Notes: generated from the letters alone by a model not told the origin. A stretch of 64,000 nt of DNA from Minisyncoccota bacterium (GCA_040905385.1 JBBDRP010000002.1:85337-149336), one strand, 5' to 3'; shown: positions 1 to 9,253, counted from the first letter of the stretch. Numbers and translations are program-made.

Positions 1-110
1 AAAAAGAGAAAACCTAACCAACGATGAATTCACCCTCTTACTTGATGATGTTTTTGATCATAAATTAAAATAAGATTCATAATCATCTCTAATCTCGGTA
101 AGCAGATAGC

Positions 111-1391
111 TTATCGAGATTTTTTTAATTTCTTCAACTCTTCACGCGCAACCGTAGCTTCATCCCACGGCTCCTTTTTTCCATTCTCGCGCATGATGTA
201 CGGGTCGGTACCTTTACCAGTCAGAAGCACAACATCGCCTGCGGTAGCCTTCTGAAAGGCGGCGCGAATTGCCTGCCGACGATCCATAATAATTTCATAC
301 TTTGGAATCGAGATGGCCCGTGCCATTTCCTCGACAATCTTTTTAGGATTTTCATCATACGGATCTTCGTCTGTAAGGATGATGTGTCGACAGTGACTTT
401 CAGCCAGCTTTGCCATCTCTTTGCGCTTCCAGGTGTCTCGGCCTCCGCCAGCATTACCGATCACACACACTTTTTCTCGGCCGGAGAAGGTTTTGTACAC
501 CTGCTCGAGCGAGTCGGGGGTGTGGGCGTAATCAACATAGACGCTGAAATCAAAATCAGTATCAATGAGCTCCAGCCGACCACGAACGCCAGAAAATGAC
601 TGTAGACCCACCGCAATCTCGGCGTTCTCTATTCCGTGGGCTCGTACCGCCGCTGCGGCTGCTAGCATGTTGTAAATATTAAACTCACCAAATAGATTGG
701 TATTTATACGGGTGCCACCGATATTTATACTGGCCCCCGAGCGCGTGTCCGAGTACGGCTCGGCATGGATCAGCTGGTACGGGACGTATCGATCCACCGG
801 GACATTCATGAAATGCTCGGCATTTTCATCATCGATATTCACGACGAGTGTCGTTGGTTCCTTCTTTGATCGAGAGACCTGCCGAGCAATAGACAGCTTT
901 GCATCGCGGTATTTTTCAAAGGATCCGTGCGACTCGATGTGCTCGGGCGAGAGGTTGGTGTAGACCAGGGTGTCAATATGAATAAAGCGATGTCGGAACT
1001 GCTTTGCACCCTCGGAGGTCATCTCTACCACGGCGTACTCACACCCAGCATTTACTGCACGGCGAAAAAATGATTGCAGAAAGAATCGCCCCGGCATCGA
1101 CATCTTACGAAGGTTGCGGGTGTTCTCATCCTTTATCTGAAAATGGATGGTGTTAGAGACGGCTACAGCTTTTCCGGCACTGCGCAGCAGGTGAGCGATC
1201 AGCTCAGTGACGGTGGTCTTACCTTTGGTACCGGTGACCGCAATCACCGTGACCTCTCGTGATGGCTGACGGTAGTAGACGGATCCAGCCCAGGCCAAAA
1301 AGAGATGGTATAACGGACGAAATACGCGCACCACCCAGTCGGGAATAATCTTTTTTAGTATCGATAAAATTTTAGTCATGATTGTTTCCAA
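111..1391 (-). CDS. murE: Mur ligase family protein with hydrophobic N-terminal segment. MurE-like, UDP-MurNAc-tripeptide synthetase family
   Basis: P-loop VIAVTGTKGKTTV typical of Mur ligases. C-terminal VDYAHTPDSLEQVY resembles the MurE DYAHTPDAL motif. Overlaps ruvA by 20 nt. Confidence 0.55.
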   Translation of the reverse strand: METIMTKILSILKKIIPDWVVRVFRPLYHLFLAWAGSVYYRQPSREVTVIAVTGTKGKTTVTELIAHLLRSAGKAVAVSNTIHFQIKDENTRNLRKMSMPGRFFLQSFFRRAVNAGCEYAVVEMTSEGAKQFRHRFIHIDTLVYTNLSPEHIESHGSFEKYRDAKLSIARQVSRSKKEPTTLVVNIDDENAEHFMNVPVDRYVPYQLIHAEPYSDTRSGASINIGGTRINTNLFGEFNIYNMLAAAAAVRAHGIENAEIAVGLQSFSGVRGRLELIDTDFDFSVYVDYAHTPDSLEQVYKTFSGREKVCVIGNAGGGRDTWKRKEMAKLAESHCRHIILTDEDPYDENPKKIVEEMARAISIPKYEIIMDRRQAIRAAFQKATAGDVVLLTGKGTDPYIMRENGKKEPWDEATVAREELKKLKKSR

Positions 1392-1953
1392 GCTGCTTTA
1401 GCGCCTGCTTGACCTTCTCTTCTGTGCTGTCGACGTCATCCTCGATAGCCGCCACCGCATCACGGGCCTCCCGAGCCGAGTAGCCGAGCGCCTCCAGCGC
1501 CTCGACCGCCTCGCTGGACTCGGCCCGACCCTGGGCGGAGGCAGCGGTAGAGATGTCACCAAATGAATCCTTCAGCTCTAGAATTACCTTATCCGCAGTC
1601 TTCTGGCCGATGCCGGAAACTTTGGTCAGGTACGACGTGTCCTGATCGGCAATAGCGGCGGTGATGGTCGGGGCATCAGCCACCGAAAGAATTCCCAGCG
1701 CTGATTTCGGCCCAACTCCGGAGACAGCGATCAGGTGCCGGAAAAGTTTCAGCTGGCTGTGGGAGGTAAATCCATACAGCGTCAGCTGATCCTCACGAAC
1801 CACCAGGTGCGTAAGCAGGCTAATGCTGTCGCCACCATGAGCCGCCGCGATGACCTGTGGTGGGCAGGAAACTCCGTAGCCCACTCCATTCACATCGAGA
1901 ATAAGCTCGTTTTCACCAAGAACTTCTGGTGTACCGGTTAGCTGGGCGATCAT
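1372..1953 (-). CDS. ruvA: Holliday junction DNA helicase subunit RuvA
   Basis: N-terminus MIAQLTGT..LILDVNGVGYGV is canonical RuvA. HhH region GVGPKSALGIL is present. 193 aa. Confidence 0.85.
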   Translation of the reverse strand: MIAQLTGTPEVLGENELILDVNGVGYGVSCPPQVIAAAHGGDSISLLTHLVVREDQLTLYGFTSHSQLKLFRHLIAVSGVGPKSALGILSVADAPTITAAIADQDTSYLTKVSGIGQKTADKVILELKDSFGDISTAASAQGRAESSEAVEALEALGYSAREARDAVAAIEDDVDSTEEKVKQALKQLGNNHD

Positions 1954-2029
1954 TGCCTTTATAGTACCGTATTGGCGGTGTTTGGGAAATACCTGCCTAC
2001 GCTAGCCATATAAAGCCTGGATACAAATA

Positions 2030-2057
2030 TTGACATACTATTTATATGGTGTATAAT
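2030..2057 (+). promoter_or_regulatory. Sigma70-like promoter: TTGACA, 16 nt spacer, TGtTATAAT extended -10
   Basis: TTGACA at 2030-2035 and TATAAT at 2052-2057 preceded by TG, about 45 nt upstream of the ATG at 2105. Confidence 0.4.
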
Positions 2058-2104
2058 ATAATTAGATTAAGAAACGGTAACTTAAACGTAAAAAAGGGGT
2101 AAAT

Positions 2105-2464
2105 ATGAAAGAAGTGATTGGAATACTCGGAGCCTTCACACTTGGAACATGGATTTTTCTTGGTCTCCAATTTAGTAGCTATACTGGAGAGCCAGAACTC
2201 ATTACGTTATTCGTAGCCTCCAGGGTTGCATATGCATCTACGGCAATAACCTTATTTGTCACCATGATTTGGGCGATTTTCGGCATATCTAGCGCTGCAG
2301 GCAAGGAAGCGATTAATGTATGGGATGATATGTCTCCTAAAGAGAAAGGGTGTCTTAAAAACTACACAAAAAAGAAAGCGCACCGAGCTAATGAAGAATA
2401 CAGAAATGTAAGAGATGGCAATAAAGACAAGGTTTCTGCAGTCATTGATTGGTTCTTTAACTAA
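2105..2464 (+). CDS. hypothetical small membrane protein
   Basis: ORF with two hydrophobic helices preceded by AAGGGG SD. No recognisable family. Confidence 0.45.
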   Translation: MKEVIGILGAFTLGTWIFLGLQFSSYTGEPELITLFVASRVAYASTAITLFVTMIWAIFGISSAAGKEAINVWDDMSPKEKGCLKNYTKKKAHRANEEYRNVRDGNKDKVSAVIDWFFN

Positions 2465-2670
2465 ATCTAAATTAAAATTTCAAACAAAAGTCCCGCATTC
2501 TTGGGGCTTTTTTCGTACCTGTATTGCAAATTCCTACATATTTGGTACTATTTTGAAGCGAAAGCAGACTAAAAAACTTTTCACCCGGTTAAATAAAATT
2601 TTTGATTTTATCTCACTTGGTGAGATATTTAACCGGGTAAACTTTAATCTTTTAACTTTCTACTAATTTT

Positions 2671-2934
2671 ATGCCTGTACGAGACTCATCACGAAAAGCA
2701 GTTCGTCGCGACGAAGGACGAACCACATACAACAACCGCCGACGCCGCGCTATGCGCAAGGCTATCAAGGAGGTGAAGTCGCTCGTCAAGGACGGCGACA
2801 TCAAGTCCGCAACCAAGGCGTTGCCGGCTGCTTACAAGGCGATCGATAAGGCCGCCAAGCGAAATATCATCCACGAAAATAACGCCGCTCGAAAGAAATC
2901 AAACCTCGCCAAGCTAGCTGATCAGGCGTCTTAG
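2671..2934 (+). CDS. rpsT: 30S ribosomal protein S20
   Basis: 87 aa basic protein. RKAVRRDEGR..NRRRRAMRKA..AYKAIDKAAKRNIIH matches the S20 family. Confidence 0.9.
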   Translation: MPVRDSSRKAVRRDEGRTTYNNRRRRAMRKAIKEVKSLVKDGDIKSATKALPAAYKAIDKAAKRNIIHENNAARKKSNLAKLADQAS

Positions 2935-2960
2935 GGTTTTAAAAAAAGAGAAAGAAAAAA

Positions 2961-2988
2961 ACACCACGTCGAACGTGGTGTTTTTTTA
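2961..2988 (+). terminator. Rho-independent terminator after rpsT
   Basis: Hairpin ACACCACGTCGAACGTGGTGT followed by a T7 tract. The same stem sequence CCACGTCGAACGTGG recurs at 29769-29783. Confidence 0.6.
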
Positions 2989-2998
2989 ATGCTTGAGC

Positions 2999-3030
2999 CT
3001 AAATAACTCAACCGGATGAGTTATTTAGCT
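2999..3030. repeat. 30-bp perfect palindrome CTAAATAACTCAACCGG(A/T)TGAGTTATTTAG, copy 1 of 2
   Basis: Near-identical element at 61945-61974. Forms a 12-bp stem hairpin. Confidence 0.5.
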
Positions 3031-3094
3031 AGCGAGTACGTTTTTATTTACCGCCATTTTCGGGTATACTTTTGGTGTTAGTGAAAAGAAGAAT

Positions 3095-3168
3095 GTCCCC
3101 GTAGCTCAACTGGATAGAGCGTTTCCTTGCGGAGGAAGAGGTTGCAGATTCGAATTCTGCCGGGGACA
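3095..3168 (+). tRNA. tRNA-Arg, anticodon read as GCG
   Basis: Cloverleaf folds by hand: acceptor GTCCCCG/CGGGGAC, D arm GCTC..GAGC, anticodon stem TTTCC/GGAAG with loop TTGCGGA, T arm GCAGA-TTCGAAT-TCTGC. No encoded CCA. Confidence 0.75.
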
Positions 3169-3329
3169 CAGTGAAGTGTTAAATGGCACGTAAGTATAAA
3201 GCCTGATGCTCCAGAGGATGGGGTATCAGGCGGCTTTCTTAACTCCAATTTATATCTCGCGGAATATTAATCAGTATATACACTCAAGTGGGCGATTATT
3301 TTAGATAATTAAAATATGTTGTAGACTGA

Positions 3330-3791
3330 CTAAAATCCTAGGTATTCCATAATCTTCTGCATCAGTGGTTCCTGATGCTCTTCTTCGGGAATGAACTCGA
3401 TCATGTAGTCGCGGATTTCTTCTGGGTCAACATTCTCGATCGGGATCACGATGTAGGGCATCAGAACTCGCTCTGACATAAGCATGATTTTTTGCTCGTG
3501 GGGATTGTTTTCAACCCAGAAGGATTGAAGCGTACTGTACGGATAAAGAATACTATCAACCTTGACGCCACGGCGGTCGACCACGAAGGTCCGGATTTCT
3601 GGGTCGCGAGAGCTTTGTAGCGTCAGGGCAACACTGGCGATAATAACCAGAATTCCAAAGAGGACATTCCCAAACACAAATCCGGCCACTGATAGTGTCA
3701 GGGTAATAATACCGACAATCCAGTACCAATCGGTACTTTTTTCCTGCTTGATGAAGTCCGGCGCCTGCCAGGTGATTTCTTTATCTTCCAT
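3330..3791 (-). CDS. hypothetical membrane protein, possibly a bacterial PH-domain-like protein
   Basis: 153 aa with two N-terminal TM helices followed by a soluble domain. Confidence 0.45.
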   Translation of the reverse strand: MEDKEITWQAPDFIKQEKSTDWYWIVGIITLTLSVAGFVFGNVLFGILVIIASVALTLQSSRDPEIRTFVVDRRGVKVDSILYPYSTLQSFWVENNPHEQKIMLMSERVLMPYIVIPIENVDPEEIRDYMIEFIPEEEHQEPLMQKIMEYLGF

Positions 3792-3853
3792 ATCTGCTTT
3801 TCATTTTAGCATCTTTTGCAATAAATTTTTGCTTAATTGCTATACTAATACAC

Positions 3854-4837
3854 ATGTCCTTCGAAACGCTTAGTACTCAACTAAAAAATCTTACAGACGG
3901 AAAGTCGGGCGGGGTAGCTGCGGTTGTTTTGGATCGAGGTAACTCTGGGTTTCATTTTTTCGGTAGCTCTAACATAAATAAAGATACTATTTTTGAAATT
4001 GGCTCGGTTACAAAAGCCTTTACGGCTCTTTTGTTACTAATTCTGGAAGATAAGGGTGTGGTAGATCGTACTGATGCTGTCAAGAATCATCTTGACATTG
4101 ATTTTACTGATTCGAAGATTAGTGAAATAACCCTAGAGCAGTTAGCATTACATACCTCCGGACTGCCGCGTCTTCCTACTAATTTTTTTCCAGCTGACGA
4201 ATATGACCCCTATGCCGATTACACCAAAGAAGACCTGTATGAATTTTTAGAAACCTACGAATTACCTGCTGAGCACTCAAAAGGGAAAGAAATTTATTCT
4301 AATACAGGCTTTGCCCTACTAGGCTATGTGCTGGCAGTAGCGGCTGAGGATACGTTTGAAAATCTCCTACAAACACACATTTTCCGACCACTTAGCATGG
4401 AGGATACGAGCTGCTATCTGGATGAAAAGAAAGAAAGCCGTTTTGCTCAAGGTTATAACGATGAGGGTGGAGAAGCTGATCGTTGGCACAATGATGTAAT
4501 GATGGGTGATGGGGCAATTTTGTCTACCACAGCCGATATGGCCAAGTTCCTACGGATGTGTTGCGGGGTAGTTGAGTCACCGCTGACGCAGCTAGTCGAT
4601 GATATGTGTGCTGATTATTTTGAAATTACTGACGAGGTTGGAGTTCAGCAGGTGCTTGGCTGGTTGATAGCAACACCAAAGGATGATGGGAAGTTATTTG
4701 TAGGAAAAGGAGGGGAGACTGGTGGTTTTAAAGCTTTCTTTGGATTTACCTTTGATAAAAGTCGAGGCATCGTTCTTTTGTCGAATGGAAAGTTTGATAT
4801 TTCAAAGGCTGGGGCAGTTTATTTAGCGACAAGATAA
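3854..4837 (+). CDS. serine hydrolase of the beta-lactamase / penicillin-binding (class C-like) family
   Basis: SxxK motif [10 protein letters not shown] near the N-terminus. Length 327 aa, typical of the family. Confidence 0.7.
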   Translation: MSFETLSTQLKNLTDGKSGGVAAVVLDRGNSGFHFFGSSNINKDTIFEIGSVTKAFTALLLLILEDKGVVDRTDAVKNHLDIDFTDSKISEITLEQLALHTSGLPRLPTNFFPADEYDPYADYTKEDLYEFLETYELPAEHSKGKEIYSNTGFALLGYVLAVAAEDTFENLLQTHIFRPLSMEDTSCYLDEKKESRFAQGYNDEGGEADRWHNDVMMGDGAILSTTADMAKFLRMCCGVVESPLTQLVDDMCADYFEITDEVGVQQVLGWLIATPKDDGKLFVGKGGETGGFKAFFGFTFDKSRGIVLLSNGKFDISKAGAVYLATR

Positions 4838-4873
4838 TAAAAATCAGCACCACAAGGTGCTGTTTGTTCGCTG

Positions 4874-4958
4874 CGGTGGGAGAGGGATTCGAACCCCCGG
4901 TGCCTTGCGGCACTCCGGTTTTCAAGACCGGTGCATTCGACCACTCTGCCATCCCACC
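4874..4958 (-). tRNA. tRNA-Ser(TGA)
   Basis: The reverse complement folds as a class II tRNA: acceptor GGTGGGA/TCCCACC, anticodon stem CCGGT/ACCGG with loop CTTGAAA, long variable arm, T-loop TTCGAAT. 85 nt. Confidence 0.85.
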
Positions 4959-4977
4959 AAATATTCACTTTTTAAAC
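4941..4977. repeat. Direct repeat copy 1: tRNA-Ser 5' end (18 nt) plus 19 nt of upstream flank
   Basis: 37-nt match with one mismatch to 5123-5159: CCACTCTGCCATCCCACCAAATAT(T/G)CACTTTTTAAAC. Confidence 0.7.
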
Positions 4978-5122
4978 ATAGCAAAATATTATACGTTTTG
5001 CCTCACGCTTAACCAGTGGTCGAACAGGTACGTCCTCCTATCACTGGTCGCTTTGCGACATGCGTGATTCTAGAAGCTAAGCTTCTAGACCGGATGAAAA
5101 AGAAAATTGATTCTTTTGTCAT

Positions 5123-5159
5123 CCACTCTGCCATCCCACCAAATATGCACTTTTTAAAC
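5123..5159. repeat. Direct repeat copy 2: orphan duplicate of the tRNA-Ser 5' end plus flank
   Basis: See 4941-4977. The 145 bp between the copies contains the palindrome CTAGAAGCTAAGCTTCTAG and the motif ACTGGTCGCTTTGCGACATGCG. Confidence 0.7.
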
Positions 5160-5267
5160 TCTCAGTAAATTCACTCTTTATATAACTCACCTTGTACATA
5201 GAGATAATACGTGCCGAAAGCCGTAATCGCAAGTACAAACCTAACCTCTTCATGCTAACCTAAAGGC

Positions 5268-5666
5268 ATGAATAAGCTAATGGGAATAGACTACGGTGCA
5301 AAGCGAATTGGTATCGCCTTTGCAGATCCGGAGACAAAGATCGCCACACCCCACAGCACGATCGATAACAGCGATGGTGTCGTTGCCGACCTGCTTGATC
5401 TCTGCGAAGACCACGACGTAGAGAAGATTGTGCTGGGTGAGTCTAAGAACTTCGCCGGTGCCGACAATCCGATCATGAAGCAGATTCGGTCCTTTAAAGC
5501 GGTGCTTGAAGATCGCTCCGGTCGGCTGGTGATATTTGTTCCGGAGTTCTACACCTCGGCGCAGGCACGTCGACAGCCAGAAGCGGCGCGGACGGTTGAT
5601 GGCTCGGCCGCAGCCATTATCCTGCAGAGCTACCTTAATGACCAGCCACATGAAGACGATAACTAA
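5268..5666 (+). CDS. ruvX: Holliday junction resolvase-like / pre-16S rRNA nuclease YqgF (RuvX)
   Basis: N-terminus MGIDYGAKRIGIAFAD is the YqgF signature. 132 aa. Confidence 0.8.
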   Translation: MNKLMGIDYGAKRIGIAFADPETKIATPHSTIDNSDGVVADLLDLCEDHDVEKIVLGESKNFAGADNPIMKQIRSFKAVLEDRSGRLVIFVPEFYTSAQARRQPEAARTVDGSAAAIILQSYLNDQPHEDDN

Positions 5667-6414
5667 ACACATCACAACGGACGTCGGCGAGGTGTTTGTA
5701 TCCTACCGACCATCCAAGGAGTCACTCAAAGGCTCGACCTTGGTGTTTCTGCATGGCTGGGGGAGCGACCATCGCGTCTTCTCCGAGGTGGTGCGAGCCT
5801 CACGATCGGCGACGCTGTCGATTGATCTTCCTGGCTTTGGTCAATCATCACTTCCGACCCGGTCGCTTACGGTGGCTGATGTAGCCGATGTTGTGACGGA
5901 GGCGGTCGAGAAGTGTGAGCTGTCGAAGGTGATCCTGGTTGGGCACTCGTTTGGTGGGCAGGTAGTGACGGCACTGGCAGCCCGGAAGCCGCAGTGGCTA
6001 GAGGGGCTGGTTCTTGTGGGTGCTGCTAGTCTGCGCGAGACCGATCCACCGCTGCTTTCGCGACTCGGCGGAAAGCTGGCGCCGGTCTTTCGGCTGCCGA
6101 TACTGAGAAAGCTGCGACCGGCTCTGTATCGACTGATTGGTGCTGACCTGCCACCAGAGAATCCGGTTATGTGCGAGACGATGCGCAGCATCCTGCGTGA
6201 TGATCAGCGCGCAAAACTTTCCGAGATTGCGGTTCCTACCCAAGTAATCTGGGGAAGCCGTGACCGGTCAACCCCGCTGGCCGAAGGTGAGGAGATTGCT
6301 CGACGGCTGCCGCACTCGGTTCTGACAGTGCTGGATGGCGGCCACTACATCTTTCTCGACCAACCGACCGCCTTTGCTGACACACTTTTTTCATTTGTTA
6401 AACGTATTTCCTAA
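5650..6414 (+). CDS. alpha/beta hydrolase fold protein
   Basis: HGWGSD and nucleophile elbow GHSFGG motifs. The start was chosen at the MKTI codon; the longer ORF would overlap ruvX. Confidence 0.65.
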   Translation: MKTITKHITTDVGEVFVSYRPSKESLKGSTLVFLHGWGSDHRVFSEVVRASRSATLSIDLPGFGQSSLPTRSLTVADVADVVTEAVEKCELSKVILVGHSFGGQVVTALAARKPQWLEGLVLVGAASLRETDPPLLSRLGGKLAPVFRLPILRKLRPALYRLIGADLPPENPVMCETMRSILRDDQRAKLSEIAVPTQVIWGSRDRSTPLAEGEEIARRLPHSVLTVLDGGHYIFLDQPTAFADTLFSFVKRIS

Positions 6415-6415
6415 T

Positions 6416-7864
6416 ATGCTTCGCAATCCGCTTTACCATATTTACCTGCTGCAGCTAGAGAATTACCACCTCCGTCGTTTTGTGACGGCCGCGGCACGAG
6501 ATTGTTTCTCACCACCAGAAAAAACGCGCCATCCAATTACCTGGACCGCGAAACTAATTGGTGTAACGACGCTGGCGGTCCTTTTTGCTCTACTGCTGTC
6601 GCTTGGTGCTGGTCTTTCGGCCGGCCCTCTCTTTTCTGACCCGTCGGTGGTCGGGTGGGGAGTCGCGGTTACTGTGTTTCTTTTTATGTACATAGGTTTT
6701 TTTCTGCCGTTGGCTGTCGGGTCGGCAGTTACACTGCCACTGGATCGCGTGATTCGTTTGATTATCCGCGCTCAGGCTCGTCGAAAAGTTTCTCGGCTGG
6801 ATAATCTCACCATTATCGGGATCACCGGCAGCTACGGAAAGACCACGATGAAACGAACGCTGAAGACTCTACTGTCTGCTGGTAAAAATGTGGTAGCCAC
6901 GGATGAAAGTCACAACACACCAATCGCCGTGGCCCGGTCTCTGCTGAATGACGTCACCGACCAAACCGACATCTTTATCGTGGAGATGGGCGCCTACGGC
7001 CCCGGAGACATCAAGGCCCTGTGTGAGATCACACCGCCAGACATCAGTGTTCTGAATGGTATCAATGAAGCTCACTTCGAGCGGTTCGGCTCACTTGAGA
7101 ATACCATCAATACCAAGTTCGAGATCGCTACCAGCGTCCCGGATGCCGCGGTAATTCTGAACGCTGATGACGAGACCGTGATGAAAAATTATAAGCGGTT
7201 TGTTGGTGATCGGGAGCCGCTATTCTACAGTGCAAAAAATCACGAAGCCTGTGATTTCGAGGTCTACGACAAACGGTTTCACGAGGACGGCACCGGTATT
7301 TCCTTTCGTGTTAAGCGTGACGACCAAGCGCTTGGGTACGCAAAGGTAAATCACTTTGCCGACTACATCATCGGTAATGTGATAGCTGGTTTGTGTGTGG
7401 GGCAGGTGCTTGGGATCTCTGAAGAGAAGGTTTTGAAAGCCGCTCATCAGATAACGCCGACATCGCACCGACTGCAGCCGATTCAACGCACCTCCAGTAA
7501 TGTGCTGGTGATCGATGACAGCTACAACGGTAACCCGGCCGGTGCTCATGCAGCCATTGGTGTGCTTGAGAAGTTCATCTCTCGTCGAACAATTTACGTA
7601 ACGCCCGGGTTAGTGGAGATGGGGGAGCGAGCTCCGAAGCTACACCGTGAGATCGGCAAGCATCTGGCTGCCGTGGTTGATGTGGTGGTGCTGGTAGAGA
7701 CGAGCGTGACCGACTACATCGAGGAAGGCCTGCGGCAGGGTGGCTTTGGAGGTGAGCTTGTTACTTTTGCTAGCCCACAGGAAATGCACGCCGGAATTTC
7801 TGAGCTTCTCAAGCCGCGGGATGTGCTGCTTTTCCAGAACGACTGGCCAGAGAATTATCGGTAA
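6416..7864 (+). CDS. murF: UDP-N-acetylmuramoyl-tripeptide--D-alanyl-D-alanine ligase (MurF) with an N-terminal multi-TM extension
   Basis: P-loop IIGITGSYGKTT and the MurF signature DDSYNGNP. About 130 N-terminal residues are hydrophobic. Confidence 0.7.
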   Translation: MLRNPLYHIYLLQLENYHLRRFVTAAARDCFSPPEKTRHPITWTAKLIGVTTLAVLFALLLSLGAGLSAGPLFSDPSVVGWGVAVTVFLFMYIGFFLPLAVGSAVTLPLDRVIRLIIRAQARRKVSRLDNLTIIGITGSYGKTTMKRTLKTLLSAGKNVVATDESHNTPIAVARSLLNDVTDQTDIFIVEMGAYGPGDIKALCEITPPDISVLNGINEAHFERFGSLENTINTKFEIATSVPDAAVILNADDETVMKNYKRFVGDREPLFYSAKNHEACDFEVYDKRFHEDGTGISFRVKRDDQALGYAKVNHFADYIIGNVIAGLCVGQVLGISEEKVLKAAHQITPTSHRLQPIQRTSSNVLVIDDSYNGNPAGAHAAIGVLEKFISRRTIYVTPGLVEMGERAPKLHREIGKHLAAVVDVVVLVETSVTDYIEEGLRQGGFGGELVTFASPQEMHAGISELLKPRDVLLFQNDWPENYR

Positions 7865-7876
7865 CCATCTTTTTCA

Positions 7877-7975
7877 CTGCACTACAAATAATTCTCCAAC
7901 GGAGAATTTTATCTGCTCGGGCAATTTTTCTGCTGCGCAGAAACCATGCAAATTGCCCTGCGCAAGGCTTGTGAA
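7877..7975 (+). repeat. Family-1 structured intergenic repeat, copy A
   Basis: CTGCACTACAAATAA + hairpin + TTTTATCTGCTCGG + nested hairpin containing CATGCAAAT + CCTGCGCAAGGCTTGT. Aligns with copies at 25123, 27686, 30751(-), 32633 and 35503. Confidence 0.8.
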
Positions 7976-8027
7976 AAAAGGGTAACCGATAATTTATAAA
8001 ACGAGAGGCGCATGAAAATAGGGTTAC

Positions 8028-8335
8028 CTCATGTATTGACTACCAAGTGTAGTGAGAGACATGCAAATATATTTGCATGTCCGAACGAAGCGCCGGTAGG
8101 TAGATTGCCAAATCTACTCTTCAAGCAAAGCGAGTAATGCACAAGCTTGTTTGTATATTCGATCGACGCGTAGTGCAGATGGGTAAACTAGTGGTGGAAT
8201 CTCGCAACCTTTGACTGCCAAACGAAGCGAGTAGAATGAACGCTTGCATTTATTCTCGAGCGAAGTGCCGGCAGACAAATGGATAAATTCACTTTCAGTT
8301 TTAAACTGAAAGTGAAAAGAACCTTTAGGTTCTCT
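8028..8335 (+). repeat. Family-2 modular hairpin-repeat locus 1
   Basis: Units of the form CCAA..AG(C/T)GAG + variable hairpin + TCGA.CGA.G.GCCGG. Unit-for-unit homology to 29858-30057, but with the unit order swapped. Both loci start with TTGACTACCAA. Confidence 0.7.
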
Positions 8336-8464
8336 AGAAGTAATTCTTTGTTATCCATTTGACAAATAACCTGGTTCGCGTACTCTAATAAGACCTCCAA
8401 GGTTTCTGACCCAAGACCGACGGAGAACAATTTTACAACAGGCGCTATTTATAGGCGTCAGAAA

Positions 8465-8498
8465 GACCCACCGGCACTCTCCGGTGGGTCTTTTGTTT
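8465..8498 (+). terminator. Rho-independent terminator
   Basis: GACCCACCGG CACTCT CCGGTGGGTC followed by TTTTGTTTT. It lies at the end of the repeat-rich non-coding stretch 7986-8500, suggesting that stretch is transcribed on the + strand. Confidence 0.55.
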
Positions 8499-8586
8499 TA
8501 TTTAATAAAGTTGACATTCACCCTTAATGAAGGTATTTTCTACATAGACGTTATTCTCAACTCGAATCAAAATAAAGAGGTACAGA

Positions 8587-9170
8587 TGTTTAACAAAGAA
8601 AAAGAAATAGCCGATTTGCAAAGGCAGACATTGCACGTTCATGCATGGAATCATATCTCTGATATGGACGACGCAAAGAGCGTCTTTCGTAGTATTGATA
8701 AATCTCATATTCGCAAAAAGGCTTACAAGAAATACATAGTTTCATTGCGAAGACTTGTAGGAAGCGCTATAGCTTCTTCATTTATTAGGTCTGAGTATGA
8801 GAACAAAATCGAACAAGCTATTAAAGAGTTAATTGAATCCCTTGACCAAGAGCAACCCTTTCTTGCTAATATAGAAAAACAGACTGGACGCCTAAAACGC
8901 AATCAAAACTCTTTCTTCCATGATGAGGGGAGGGAAAATAGGAAGAAGGGAAATAACCTCAGCAGTGTTGAGGTGAAACAGCTTCTTTCTGCCTTATTTG
9001 ACATAGTTTCCTTTACCATGAAAGAAAACGGCCTGTCTCACATTCAGCCTTTTGAGAAAGAATCAATATTTAGCCTAATTTGTTCTGCTCAAACAGAACT
9101 AAAAAAAGATACCTCCTTTTCAAAATTTGTTGATGTGATGGTGGAAATACAAGCCAAGGAGAGGAGTTGA
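8587..9170 (+). CDS. hypothetical protein from an AT-rich, probably acquired gene
   Basis: 194 aa ORF with SD AAAGAGG 6 nt upstream of the ATG. Low GC relative to neighbours. No recognisable family. Confidence 0.45.
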
Positions 9171-9192
9171 AAATAAACCAAAATTTTTAATA

Positions 9193-9222
9193 GTCGGCCG
9201 TGTAAACACGGTCGACTTTTTA
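9193..9222 (+). terminator. Rho-independent terminator
   Basis: GTCGGCCGTG TAAACA CGGTCGAC followed by TTTTTATT. Confidence 0.6.
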
Positions 9223-9253
9223 TTATTCTCGTAAATTTGCTACACTTGAGAAC

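Noticed and set aside
5536-5649. Longer alpha/beta hydrolase ORF starting at 5536, and long ORFs 6335 (murF) and 36749 (rplV)
   Set aside because: The extensions overlap the preceding genes in another frame. Internal starts at 5650, 6416 and 36902 match conserved N-termini and operon spacing.
8028-8335. Possible CRISPR array, because of the regularly spaced hairpin units
   Set aside because: The units are not identical repeats separated by unique spacers. The conserved parts are flanks around variable hairpins, the spacing is irregular, and no cas genes are nearby.
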